Of a DNA stretch of 57,631 nucleotides, positions 27,076 to 35,496 are shown piece by piece. The stretch's first letter is position 1, and each line of letters starts with the position of its first letter. This stretch comes from a virus: IMG/VR virus record IMGVR_UViG_3300032605_000021; one strand, 5' to 3'. The notes beneath the pieces were generated by a model. That model was not told the DNA's origin. It worked only from the letters and a program-made list of their open reading frames with translations, and made no database searches. Both the position numbers and the translations under genes were made by a program.

Positions 27076-28044
27076 TTAATTGACTATTAAGTACGAAAAG
27101 CAGCGAGGGTTTGTGGTTGGGGTCGTCGTGGTGATGGTGAAGCTGGTTGCCGCGGTGCGCGCGCTGACGGTCGAGGGTGCACTTGCCGGGGTCGCGTTGC
27201 ATGTCACACTCAGAGCCGTCCCAAGAGATGAATCCTCCTGCAGCACGATCACGCTGTTAGCTGTTACCGCTGTCGTATTGACCACAACCGTTGTGCCTGA
27301 AGCCGCCACAACAACGAATCCAGCTGGTGCCGCGGCGCAAACCGCTGGAGATGCCGACGACGCGCACTTGGTAGCCGACGTGAGGCTGGTAAACGTGGCC
27401 GCGCCGAGGGTTGGAGTTACGAGAGTTGGGCTGGTTGCCAGAACCTGCTTGCCACTTCCAGTTGCATTTGACGCTGGCGTGGTTCCGGTGTAGGCAATCG
27501 CGGTCGAATTGCGCTGATCGAGAATGGTGGTATTCGTCCCGGCCGTCGCTGCGGTAATCATCCCGCTAGTGCCGCCCATGGCAACCCAGTCCGGAGTTAC
27601 CACAACGACTCCATATCCTGAGCCGATCCAGTTCAGTGCCTCCTGGAGCCCCAGAGTCCCACTTTTCAGGTAGTAATTCGAATGCGCATGGGTCGCCGGG
27701 AGGGAGACAGAGCAGCCGCCGCCGTTGTAGCTTGCCAGGCTGGGCGTTACGGTCTCGGTATTCGACGGCACGCCATTATCAACGATGGTAATGGGCGCCG
27801 TGGTTGAGAACATCGGGAAGACGATGCCGCCAGAAGTGGCATAACACTGACCTGGATTGTCCCACCGTGTGCCACTTGGGGTTGGTGAGGCAGTCCAATG
27901 GGCAAAGTTTGAGGCGTAGAGCAGTCCGGCGACATCGGCGGGACCGTTGGCCGGCTGCATCACGGTTGCTGTTGGGTTGGTGGTTTGGGCAGCGAGCGCC
28001 AATGGCAATGCCAGAAACGCTGCGAGCAAAGCTGATCTTTTCAT
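27076..28044 (-). CDS. Tail fibre/spike paralogue with signal-peptide-like N-terminus
   Basis: Start moved to the ATG at 28044 (AAGGAG lies 9-10 nt upstream). MKRSALLAAFLALPLALA|AQT, then the shared domain GLLYASNF..W...E.VTPS...GLQEA.N...TPDW..GGT. Confidence 0.55.
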   Translation of the reverse strand: MKRSALLAAFLALPLALAAQTTNPTATVMQPANGPADVAGLLYASNFAHWTASPTPSGTRWDNPGQCYATSGGIVFPMFSTTAPITIVDNGVPSNTETVTPSLASYNGGGCSVSLPATHAHSNYYLKSGTLGLQEALNWIGSGYGVVVVTPDWVAMGGTSGMITAATAGTNTTILDQRNSTAIAYTGTTPASNATGSGKQVLATSPTLVTPTLGAATFTSLTSATKCASSASPAVCAAAPAGFVVVAASGTTVVVNTTAVTANSVIVLQEDSSLGTALSVTCNATPASAPSTVSARTAATSFTITTTTPTTNPRCFSYLIVN

Positions 28045-28144
28045 GGCAATGATGCTCCTTTTGAAATCGAATCGAGCGGGCCGCGGGCTCAAGTGCCCTC
28101 AGTAATCAATGGGCGGCACGGTTGCGCAGCCCGCGCGAAGTCGG

Positions 28145-29098
28145 TTACTTGCAGGTCCAGGTGAAATAATACTGAGTGGCCGCAACCTGGGGCGCTGTTG
28201 CCTCGGCCACAGTCATGATGCGCTGGAATGTGGTGCCTGAGCCGGTGTCGCTCATGGTCACAGTGAACGTGGTGTACGGGTTGGTTCCGCTCGACTTGAC
28301 TGTGCAGGTGCCATCGTACTGCGGGCCGCCCGCGCTCACCGCCGGCCATGTCTCGGTAAAGATGGTCCCGGTTGTTGGCGATGTGCCTGTCAGCACATTC
28401 GCAGTCCCGACGATTCCGGTTGCTCCGTTGACATTCGAGCAGGTCGGGCTGCCGCCGGCTGCCGCTCCACACGCCATGGTCGGCGCCGTGTTCTTCAAAT
28501 TTGCGTTGGTTGCGGTGTAGGCACTCCCAGACCACACATAGAATGTGGCCGGCGATGTCGTGATGTCCTCGAGCAGTACGGTGTAGTCGCCCTTAGCCGC
28601 CCCGAGGATCGCTGTCGCATAGGTACTCGGGATGTTATTGGCCAGCGACCACCAGTTTTTGTCGAGGATCAGCAGAGTTGGCCAGGCGCCCTGTCCATCG
28701 AGAGCGTCAATGCCCTCCTGGAGCCCCGCGGTGCCAGATCTCAACTGGAAGTTGTAGTGATTGTTGCTCGGCGCGATGGTCACACCGCAACTGCCGGCCG
28801 TGTTGACGATGGCTGATGGCGTCTTGACCTCACTGTTCGCCGTGTTGGCGTCTGCAATCCACACCGGGGCGTTGGTGTTGAAGTCAAAGAACGGCACATT
28901 CTGGCCCTGGGAACTGCAAAGACTGCGGCCCTGGAAGATGTACGTATTAGGACTTTGGGCGTTGATTGACCAGAGCTGGAAGCTGGTGGCCAAGTACCAG
29001 GGTGACGTGTAGGGGGTGGTGGCAGTTTGCGCAAAGCTCATCCCGCACGGGGCGAGGACTGCAAGCGCGCAGAGAAGGGCACGGAAGATTTTGCGCAT
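28145..29098 (-). CDS. Tail fibre/spike paralogue with signal-peptide-like N-terminus
   Basis: MRKIFRALLCALAVLAPCGMSFA|QT, with AAGGAG upstream. Shares SEVKTPS...GC..TI.P...H....L.SGTAGLQEGI with its two neighbours. Confidence 0.55.
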   Translation of the reverse strand: MRKIFRALLCALAVLAPCGMSFAQTATTPYTSPWYLATSFQLWSINAQSPNTYIFQGRSLCSSQGQNVPFFDFNTNAPVWIADANTANSEVKTPSAIVNTAGSCGVTIAPSNNHYNFQLRSGTAGLQEGIDALDGQGAWPTLLILDKNWWSLANNIPSTYATAILGAAKGDYTVLLEDITTSPATFYVWSGSAYTATNANLKNTAPTMACGAAAGGSPTCSNVNGATGIVGTANVLTGTSPTTGTIFTETWPAVSAGGPQYDGTCTVKSSGTNPYTTFTVTMSDTGSGTTFQRIMTVAEATAPQVAATQYYFTWTCK

Positions 29099-29134
29099 GG
29101 CGATGTGACTCCTTTAGGTTGTGAAGAGTTGAGG

Positions 29135-30721
29135 TTATTGGATGGCGATGCAGGTCACCGAGGGAACGGTATAACCGCGCCCCGCAGATAATCCCGACAT
29201 TTCAACGCCGTAGCTAAAAGTGGTGCCACTTATCGGAGTTCCGAATGCGGTTACTCCGGCCCGTTGACCGATGGTTGATCCGCTCGGGAAACCGGTCGTG
29301 AAACAGTTGACGTAGTAGGTTCCTGTGATCGTGGTTCCCCAACTGATAGCCCCGCTCAGATAGCCCGATCCAGATTCGCTGTCGTCTACCATGACGCCCG
29401 ATGCACCGTTCCAAAGAGCAACGGTCTTGCGCGGCGCCACGGTTCCGGCGGTGCAGCTCGTGATTCGGCCATAGGCGTCGTAAACAACGCTGGATGGGTT
29501 AGCGCATGTTGCAGGAGTGACCGTGGTGGCCAGATCTACCGTGCTCCGGGATGGACTTGCAGAGTCTGTAAGCGCAAACGCGCTCGAGAAGTTGAGATTG
29601 GAGCGCTGTGTTTGGTTGGTGCCGTTCGATTGCACCGTCTGGTAGTAGATCGTCGGGAGTGATGTCAGGAACGTGCAGAAAGCATCAAGATATGTCCCAT
29701 CGGAGCACAAGGCCTGGCCGAGCGTGCCGCCTGAGCCATTGACCCGATAGCCGGTATTGGCATTCACAGCCCCATTCGCCGCGGCACCCTCGACATCTAG
29801 TCCCCATGCCGGCGTCGATGTGCCCACTCCGACCCTGCCAGTATTGTAGAGGAAGTATCCGGACAGGTTGAGCCCACCCGAGATCGACTGCGTGCCATGG
29901 TTGGCGGGCTGCGACAGGACTGGCACCGGATAGAAAACGACGCCGTGGTAGTACGGCAGCCCATCCGAGAGGTTGATCGTGGTCCCGGCGCCCAATAACT
30001 GCCATTGCATTGGATAGTTGGGCACTGGATTGCCGCGGGAGTCGGTCAGGTTGACGTTGTATCCGGTGCCGGTGGGCCAGATGGTGTCATTGGCGATGAC
30101 TTGGCAGAGTGTGGTGTTGGTCGACGCGGGGGATGCGCCGGAAGTCAGGGCCGCGGCTTGGACGAATGACGCTGAGCCGGTTGTTTGGCCCTGGAGCGTC
30201 TCTCCACCGGAGGAGGTGCCGATGAATACGTCCATGCCTATGGCAAGTGATGGCATCCCGGATGCTGGAGGGTTGACCACGAGGGATCCTGACCCGCTGA
30301 GCGATGCGATGGTCTCAGGACTGGCCAGCGTAACGTGGCCGGCGGCGTCATACCACTCGTATACGGTGTAGTAGACGCCCGATCCGAGCGATCCTGAGCC
30401 CGTTGATGTGTTGATTGTCGCTGTCAGAGGATTGGGCAGACCTACAACAGAGCCATCGGTCGAGGTTGCGCATGCGCTCGAGATGCCGAGGTTGACACCG
30501 CAGCCCGCAATATAGCCCTGCTGGGTCGGCGTCAGCGTCATGTTGTAGTTCTTGGCGGGCAGGCCGTTCGATAATCTGAGGTTGCCGGCCAGTGTGACCT
30601 GCGCATTGGTTACGCAGGTCTGGCAATGTCCAATGCTGGAGAGCAGGAGCACAAGCAGTGCGAGGATTAGAGCGCTGACGACTACCTGTGCGTCCCACAC
30701 CCAACTGCGGTAGCGGATCAC
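29135..30721 (-). CDS. Tail fibre protein with N-terminal hydrophobic segment
   Basis: 528 aa. GTG start in a GTGA overlap with the upstream gene. VVVSALILALLVLLLSSIGHC|QT. Fibre-type motif GRVGVGTSTPAWGLDVEG, plus the GSGSLGSGVYYTVYEWYDAAGHVTLASP motif shared with the 1027-aa tail protein. Confidence 0.6.
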   Translation of the reverse strand: MIRYRSWVWDAQVVVSALILALLVLLLSSIGHCQTCVTNAQVTLAGNLRLSNGLPAKNYNMTLTPTQQGYIAGCGVNLGISSACATSTDGSVVGLPNPLTATINTSTGSGSLGSGVYYTVYEWYDAAGHVTLASPETIASLSGSGSLVVNPPASGMPSLAIGMDVFIGTSSGGETLQGQTTGSASFVQAAALTSGASPASTNTTLCQVIANDTIWPTGTGYNVNLTDSRGNPVPNYPMQWQLLGAGTTINLSDGLPYYHGVVFYPVPVLSQPANHGTQSISGGLNLSGYFLYNTGRVGVGTSTPAWGLDVEGAAANGAVNANTGYRVNGSGGTLGQALCSDGTYLDAFCTFLTSLPTIYYQTVQSNGTNQTQRSNLNFSSAFALTDSASPSRSTVDLATTVTPATCANPSSVVYDAYGRITSCTAGTVAPRKTVALWNGASGVMVDDSESGSGYLSGAISWGTTITGTYYVNCFTTGFPSGSTIGQRAGVTAFGTPISGTTFSYGVEMSGLSAGRGYTVPSVTCIAIQ

Positions 30722-31080
30722 TGGACTGGTCCACCAGCTGCGGGGCCGCCTACCATCGCCAGCTTGGGTTTGTTGGCCGCGGCAATCTCAGCCTGCTCCG
30801 CCTCGAGCTTGGCGTTAGCCTCAGCCGCGGCCGCCTCACGCCTGATCTGCTCCTGGTGCTGGTACTCGGAGATCGCGTTCTTGGTCTCATCCTGCCGCAG
30901 CTGGAATTCAGTTTGAAGCATGTTGAGCACTGAGCCGTGGACCTGGATTGACAGCGCGCGCAGCCGCTTGCCAATGGCCAGATACTCGGCCTGGAGGTTG
31001 GAGATCGACGTTGCAACCGGCTCGTTGGCGATTGCCGCGACCTTCTCTTGCAGGGTTTCTGCTTGGTTCTTGCTGTTCAT
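30718..31080 (-). CDS. Coiled-coil protein
   Basis: 120 aa with heptad-like Q/E/A-rich sequence. Coupled on both sides. Confidence 0.5.
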   Translation of the reverse strand: MNSKNQAETLQEKVAAIANEPVATSISNLQAEYLAIGKRLRALSIQVHGSVLNMLQTEFQLRQDETKNAISEYQHQEQIRREAAAAEANAKLEAEQAEIAAANKPKLAMVGGPAAGGPVQ

Positions 31081-31571
31081 ACTGCTTTGTCCTTTCGTTT
31101 GTACGTTAGATGTGCACCACCTGGCCCACGTCCATTAGGTTTGCAGTCGAGGTTGCAGGCTGGCCCATACTCGTAATGCCAGTGTCGCACCGTCCCCAAC
31201 TGTTTGAGCCGATACTCGTGCGCCTCCGGTCCCAACAACAGCCGACCGCACACCGCGCAGTGCCGATACTCAACCGGGTACATCGTGCCGGCCCCACCCA
31301 TCGCCTGATCGTGCTCGACCAGGGCTCGTGCACGCCGCCGGCTGCGTATCCAGAACTCTCGGCTGGTTGCCGTCAGTGTCGCCGACCGCTCGCACCTGCC
31401 GAGCTCCTCGGGGTCAATCTCGGTCGCCGTCAGCGTCACAAACCACATTCGCCTCGCCACCTGGACCGCCCGATACCCCCGCATCCTGCCCAGCCGGATC
31501 CGCCGATTGCGCCGGTAGAGCCTCGGCTCGCGGTCTGGCTCATCCCATCGCGGGTAGTCTTTGAGATTCAT
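31077..31571 (-). CDS. Hypothetical Arg-rich protein with Cys/His cluster
   Basis: 164-aa ORF containing HCAVCG...HWHYEYGPACNLDC. Confidence 0.5.
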   Translation of the reverse strand: MNLKDYPRWDEPDREPRLYRRNRRIRLGRMRGYRAVQVARRMWFVTLTATEIDPEELGRCERSATLTATSREFWIRSRRRARALVEHDQAMGGAGTMYPVEYRHCAVCGRLLLGPEAHEYRLKQLGTVRHWHYEYGPACNLDCKPNGRGPGGAHLTYKRKDKAV

Positions 31572-31574
31572 TGA

Positions 31575-31847
31575 TTACGTGACCGACATGCTCACATTCT
31601 GAAATGCGCCCGTCTTTGTATCCCAATCCACAAATCCCATGTGTCCGTGTGCAGAAACGGTGACAGGTCTCTCTGGGTCGATGGTTGAGAGTATCTGTTC
31701 AATCAACTCCGAAACGAGTTGAACGCTTTGGCGTTCTCCATCGTCACTTAAGCCCGCCGGCTTCTCGGCCAATGGACCCTTAAATTGCTCGGACAACCGC
31801 CCACGAACCTCTGCCGGCGTTCCTGAACTGCTCACATTCCAACTCAT
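31575..31847 (-). CDS. Hypothetical protein
   Basis: 90-aa ORF with GAGGAACATTT upstream of the ATG. Confidence 0.5.
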   Translation of the reverse strand: MSWNVSSSGTPAEVRGRLSEQFKGPLAEKPAGLSDDGERQSVQLVSELIEQILSTIDPERPVTVSAHGHMGFVDWDTKTGAFQNVSMSVT

Positions 31848-31993
31848 AAATGTTCCTCATTTCTGCCATGTAGTAGCCCCACCAACCTGTCAGCGATCGC
31901 TCTACGGGGCTTGTAGGGCCTAGTTTTTTGCCAATAAACGTGTTTTATGGGTGTCTTGCCGTAAGTGACCTTAAAGTGAGCACGTTGCAACCA

Positions 31994-32350
31994 TCAAACT
32001 AATTGCATGGTTCTCATGGCTGATTTACCCCCCGGCCCGCTCGGCATCCCACGCCAAACCCTGCCATACGAGTACGTCGCCACATTGCGGCCAGTCCCGA
32101 TGTACTCCAGCACCCCATCGCGCACCAGCACGTCGACAGCCTCGCGCGTCTGGTGCTCATGTGTACACCTGGGACCATGGCACGGCTGGTCAACTCCCCA
32201 CCTGTCCAGCATGGCGCCTGCCCAGCTCGACAGCACGCACACCCGCCGGCGCTCCTTGCTCTTGGGCGCCACTGGCTTATACCTGAACACACGGCCGCGC
32301 ACCTCGGTCTTGACCGCTTTGCCTGTCTGAGTTGTCTGGATTGTCGCCAT
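31994..32350 (-). CDS. Hypothetical protein, first gene of the leftward arm
   Basis: 118-aa ORF starting at the edge of the divergent control region. Confidence 0.5.
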   Translation of the reverse strand: MATIQTTQTGKAVKTEVRGRVFRYKPVAPKSKERRRVCVLSSWAGAMLDRWGVDQPCHGPRCTHEHQTREAVDVLVRDGVLEYIGTGRNVATYSYGRVWRGMPSGPGGKSAMRTMQLV

Positions 32351-32731
32351 AGTCCTCGTGGATTGAAGATAGCTGTGGCTAAAGGGAAGCCTGTTGGGGA
32401 TCCGATATTCAGTGCCTCGGACCAGGGCAGTTGACAGGTAAGCGGCTCGACTTTCAGCCTGTCAACTCATAAACTTCGGTGGCTACATTGGAACCGCTGG
32501 CGGGTCACTCGGAGTACAGCCCCACCTTTCCTCCCCTGTGGTTTGACACTAATTTGCACGGTAACCGGTGCTTTTGATCGTGTCAAGTGAGCAGTTGAGT
32601 ACGCTTATGCTTTCGGCTGTTGTTTAGTATGCTTTGCAATCAATAGTTTAGATCGGTTTTGTGATGGATGTCACGTTATTTTGTGGTGCCTATTGTAATT
32701 GTGATGAGGATAGTATTATCATTGCAACACT
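32351..32731. promoter_or_regulatory. Divergent control region between the leftward and rightward arms
   Basis: The only large gap from which genes leave in both directions. It is AT-richer toward 32600-32731 and contains four TTGACA cores arranged as two inverted-repeat pairs. Confidence 0.6.
32429..32467. promoter_or_regulatory. Perfect 10-bp inverted repeat (operator-like)
   Basis: AGTTGACAGG (32429-32438) and CCTGTCAACT (32458-32467), with a 19-bp spacer. Confidence 0.45.
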
Positions 32732-33202
32732 ATGACCAAGCAATGTAACCGATGCCACCATGAATGGGAATCGCGAGTTGATGGCAGACCGAAGAATTGT
32801 CCCCACTGTAAAAGTCCTCTTTGGGACCGCCCAAGGGTGCGCAAATCTATCCAAACCAACGCTCATGCTCTCGTTGGAAAAGCATTGGCTAGTGGGCGGT
32901 TGAGACGTGAGCCATGCTCTGTTTGTGGCACAACCGAGAGGGTGCTTGCCCATCACGAGGATTACAGCAAGCCTCTCGACGTGGTGTGGCATTGTCCGAC
33001 GCATCATGGTCAACGTCATGCCGAGATAGGTGGCTCACTGGCTGAGGGTGTGGATATTCGCATCACACTGCCAGCGCAATTTCATCGGGAGTTAAGGAAA
33101 TCCGCTATCGATGCCGATAAGACATTGATCCAACACGTCAACTCAATTCTCACCGAATACATCACCCACGAGAAAGAAACCAAAGGAGAGCGCCATGCGT
33201 GA
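32732..33202 (+). CDS. Zn-ribbon + HH(E)DY...CxxHH + C-terminal ribbon-helix-helix-like protein (putative early regulator)
   Basis: CNRC...CPHC ribbon. CSVCG...AHHEDYSKPLDVVWHCPTHH. C-terminal VDIRITLPAQFHRELRKSAIDADKTLIQHVNSIL looks Arc/MetJ-like. First gene of the rightward arm. Confidence 0.5.
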   Translation: MTKQCNRCHHEWESRVDGRPKNCPHCKSPLWDRPRVRKSIQTNAHALVGKALASGRLRREPCSVCGTTERVLAHHEDYSKPLDVVWHCPTHHGQRHAEIGGSLAEGVDIRITLPAQFHRELRKSAIDADKTLIQHVNSILTEYITHEKETKGERHA

Positions 33203-33434
33203 AACTCTCGATGATCTCGCGCACGAAATTGCCGAGCAAGTCTCAAAAGAACTGATCGATTCAACCAGCCTCAGCGTGAGGGATTCTGTTTTAGTTTTCT
33301 GGCGCGATATCAGCGCGCCTAACCCAACGGAAGCTGAGGCGCTGAAACAGGCGGTAAAGTATCTTGACCTCGCTGGCATCCTCAAGCGCTCACCTGAAAA
33401 CCCTGAATGGGTTGGATGGGATGAGGACAACTAA
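33195..33434 (+). CDS. Hypothetical protein
   Basis: 79-aa ORF with an 8-nt overlap with the upstream gene. Confidence 0.5.
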   Translation: MRETLDDLAHEIAEQVSKELIDSTSLSVRDSVLVFWRDISAPNPTEAEALKQAVKYLDLAGILKRSPENPEWVGWDEDN

Positions 33435-33479
33435 CACCCCACGGCCCGCCGGAGCCTATCCGGCTGAAAGGCTAGACCG

Positions 33480-33695
33480 ATGATTCTCACTCCCGCTCAA
33501 ATCAAAGCAGCATCCGACCGTGGCATCGACATCGACGCGCAGGGTTGCGGGTTTGACTACCGCAATCAGGCGTGGATTATCTCCGGCAAGTATCACCCTT
33601 GCGGCCATGCCGGAACTGAGCACACCTGCAACTGCTACGGTCGCATCCACGCTGGCGAATCGGCTAACCTGCAATCTGAAAGCGTGACCGCATGA
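33480..33695 (+). CDS. Hypothetical Cys/His-containing protein
   Basis: 71-aa ORF containing HPCGHAGTEHTCNCYGRIH. Confidence 0.5.
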   Translation: MILTPAQIKAASDRGIDIDAQGCGFDYRNQAWIISGKYHPCGHAGTEHTCNCYGRIHAGESANLQSESVTA

Positions 33696-34102
33696 AGAAA
33701 ACCACGTATATCGAAGGCCTGACGCTGCGCTATTCGTGCGAGGTAATCGACCGCACCGGCGTGGACGCCGCCAATGCCCAGGACCGCGCCGAGGCCCAGG
33801 CCATCATCCGCGACATGCGGGATGCGCTCCAAGTCACAGATGAGGAGTGGGACGAAACATGCTATGAGATGGCCGCGGAGCTCATGCACACCGGCGCCGA
33901 CCAGACCGGCCGCGTGCGCTCTGGCAATCCAGACACCCTCTGTGCGGACTCGACCGGCGCGCGCGGCGCGCGGCATCGGCCCGACAATCGGCAGCACGGG
34001 ACCGGCATAGTCCGCGCCGTGGCCCTCTCGCTGTTGTTCTGGATTCCGGCTGTTATTTGGGCCATCGTGCATTACACCCAGAAAGCAGGTTTACCGTGGT
34101 AG
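33692..34102 (+). CDS. Hypothetical protein with C-terminal TM segment
   Basis: 136 aa with a 4-nt overlap. VALSLLFWIPAVIWAIVHY near the C-terminus. Confidence 0.5.
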   Translation: MKKTTYIEGLTLRYSCEVIDRTGVDAANAQDRAEAQAIIRDMRDALQVTDEEWDETCYEMAAELMHTGADQTGRVRSGNPDTLCADSTGARGARHRPDNRQHGTGIVRAVALSLLFWIPAVIWAIVHYTQKAGLPW

Positions 34103-34229
34103 ACCCGCTATCCTCCCAGCTTGGCTGTGCGTTCGGCGCCCTGCTCACCTTACTCGCCTGTGTGTTTGTCGCAGGCCTACACGCCCGCAGCGGCCTGAAA
34201 CGGCTCCCGGCGGGAGATAGGAGAAAGTA

Positions 34230-35048
34230 ATGGACATTAAGAATCTGTACGATGTAGTCATTTTCACGTCTGCCGCGCTGACCATCAAGGACGCGGTAAT
34301 TGATGCAATTGCCAAACGTGCCAACCTGCGCGATGCCAACCTGCGCGGTGCCGACCTGCGCGGTGCCAACCTGAGCGGTGCCGACCTGCGCGAGGCCAAC
34401 CTGAGCGGTGCCTACCTGATCGGTGCCAACCTGCGCGATGCCGACCTGAGCGGTGCCAACCTGCGCGATGCCAACCTGCGCGGTGCCGACCTGCGCGGTG
34501 CCAACCTGAGCGGTGCCGACCTGCGCGATGCCAACCTGCGCGGTGCCGACCTGCGCGGTGCCAACCTGCGCGATGCCGACCTGAGCGGTGCCTACCTGAT
34601 CGGTGCCAACCTGCGCGATGCCAACCTGCGCGGTGCCAACCTGCGCGATGCCAACCTGCGCGGTGCCGACCTGCGCGGTGCCAACCTGAGCGGTGCCGAC
34701 CTGCGCGAGGCCAACCTGAGCGGTGCCTACCTGATCGGTGCCAACCTGAGCGGTGCCAACCTGCGCGATGCCGACCTGATCGGTAAAAAAATTGAGGCAT
34801 TGCACGTCTTTACTGGACTCTATCGCTATACCGTGTGGGTTGTTTTGTTTCAGGATGGCTCACGTTGGGTGCGTATGGGATGCCTCTGGAATTCGCTTGA
34901 CGATTGGGGAAAAATTGGTATTCGCAACAGTAACCTGAAAGAATTTCCAGACGACGGATCAGACGAAAGCGAGGAGCGCGTCTCGGCGTTTCAGTTTGCC
35001 AAAGCGGCGGCGCTGCGATTGAAGGCGGACGGAAAGGATGCCAAATGA
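34230..35048 (+). CDS. Pentapeptide-repeat protein (31 consecutive A-[NDY]-L-[RSI]-[GDE] units) with a ~90-aa non-repeat C-terminal domain
   Basis: Translation ANLRDANLRGADLRGANLSG... matches the A(D/N)LXX pentapeptide-repeat consensus. AGGAGAAAGTA precedes the ATG. Confidence 0.85.
   Translation: MDIKNLYDVVIFTSAALTIKDAVIDAIAKRANLRDANLRGADLRGANLSGADLREANLSGAYLIGANLRDADLSGANLRDANLRGADLRGANLSGADLRDANLRGADLRGANLRDADLSGAYLIGANLRDANLRGANLRDANLRGADLRGANLSGADLREANLSGAYLIGANLSGANLRDADLIGKKIEALHVFTGLYRYTVWVVLFQDGSRWVRMGCLWNSLDDWGKIGIRNSNLKEFPDDGSDESEERVSAFQFAKAAALRLKADGKDAK
34320..34784 (+). repeat. Tandem 15-nt repeat x31 (coding, in frame)
   Basis: Unit gcc-(a/g/t)ac-ctg-(cgc/agc/atc)-(ggt/gat/gag). 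Codon choice is nearly invariant, and units 2-7 recur exactly as units 23-28. Confidence 0.9.
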
Positions 35049-35236
35049 ATCACCATTTCCGCGCCCCGTCCGCGTCCGAGATGCCCGACCAGCCTAACCC
35101 GTGGGCCACTGTGCGCCTGCGCCCTGAGCCCCGCACGCTGCCCCGTAGGGCGCGCATTGCGCTCAAAGTAGGCATCGCCCTGTTTCTTTCCTGGTGGCTG
35201 CTCACGTGGGCGCTGGCGCTCGTGGGAGGATTATGA
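35045..35236 (+). CDS. Small membrane protein
   Basis: 63 aa with a 4-nt overlap. C-terminal VGIALFLSWWLLTWALALVGG. Confidence 0.5.
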   Translation: MNHHFRAPSASEMPDQPNPWATVRLRPEPRTLPRRARIALKVGIALFLSWWLLTWALALVGGL

Positions 35237-35496
35237 GCCTCTTATGCGTGCTCGGCATTCCTGCAGCCATTGAAGTGCTTTTCATGGCCGCAATATTTAC
35301 CCGCCTGACGTGGATTGGCGGGCAAAACTGGAAACCATAAAGCTTCACAGCAAACGCTTCGCCACAACCACCCCGTCGCACCCACCCACCGCCACCTGTC
35401 CATCAATGGCGTCCAGGAATGAACGCGCGGATCCGATGGACAAGGCCACACAGCACCCGCTCAGAGATGGGCGGGTGCGCCACATGAAAGGGAATC

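Noticed and set aside
28044-28092. Upstream ATG (28092) for the fibre paralogue, adding MSPRPARFDFKRSIIA
   Set aside because: The ATG at 28044 has AAGGAG at ideal spacing and yields an N-terminus (MKRSALL...) parallel to the two paralogues.
28089-28535. 148-aa minus-strand ORF (His/Arg/Cys-rich) overlapping the 317-aa fibre paralogue in another frame
   Set aside because: The composition is typical of an off-frame GC-rich read. The 317-aa frame carries the domain shared with two neighbouring paralogues.
31848-31993. tRNA/tmRNA or small-RNA genes in the few non-coding gaps (31848-31993, 35823-35995, 21318-21513, 34103-34229, 42747-42841)
   Set aside because: I could not draw a cloverleaf (acceptor stem, T-loop GTTCRANYC-like box) in any of them by eye. 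A tRNAscan run would be the proper test.
34320-34784. Possible CRISPR array, given regularly spaced short repeats here and at 42444-42740
   Set aside because: The units are contiguous (15 nt and 6 nt) with no unique spacers, far shorter than CRISPR repeats, and in frame within ORFs. There are no cas genes.
34053-34805. 250-aa and 171-aa minus-strand ORFs (AQVGTAQVGI... and HRAGWHRSGR... repeats) across the pentapeptide array
   Set aside because: They are antisense shadows of the 15-nt repeat. The plus-strand frame gives a textbook A(N/D)LXX pentapeptide protein with a strong SD and sits in an all-plus-strand arm. The minus ORFs have no such support.
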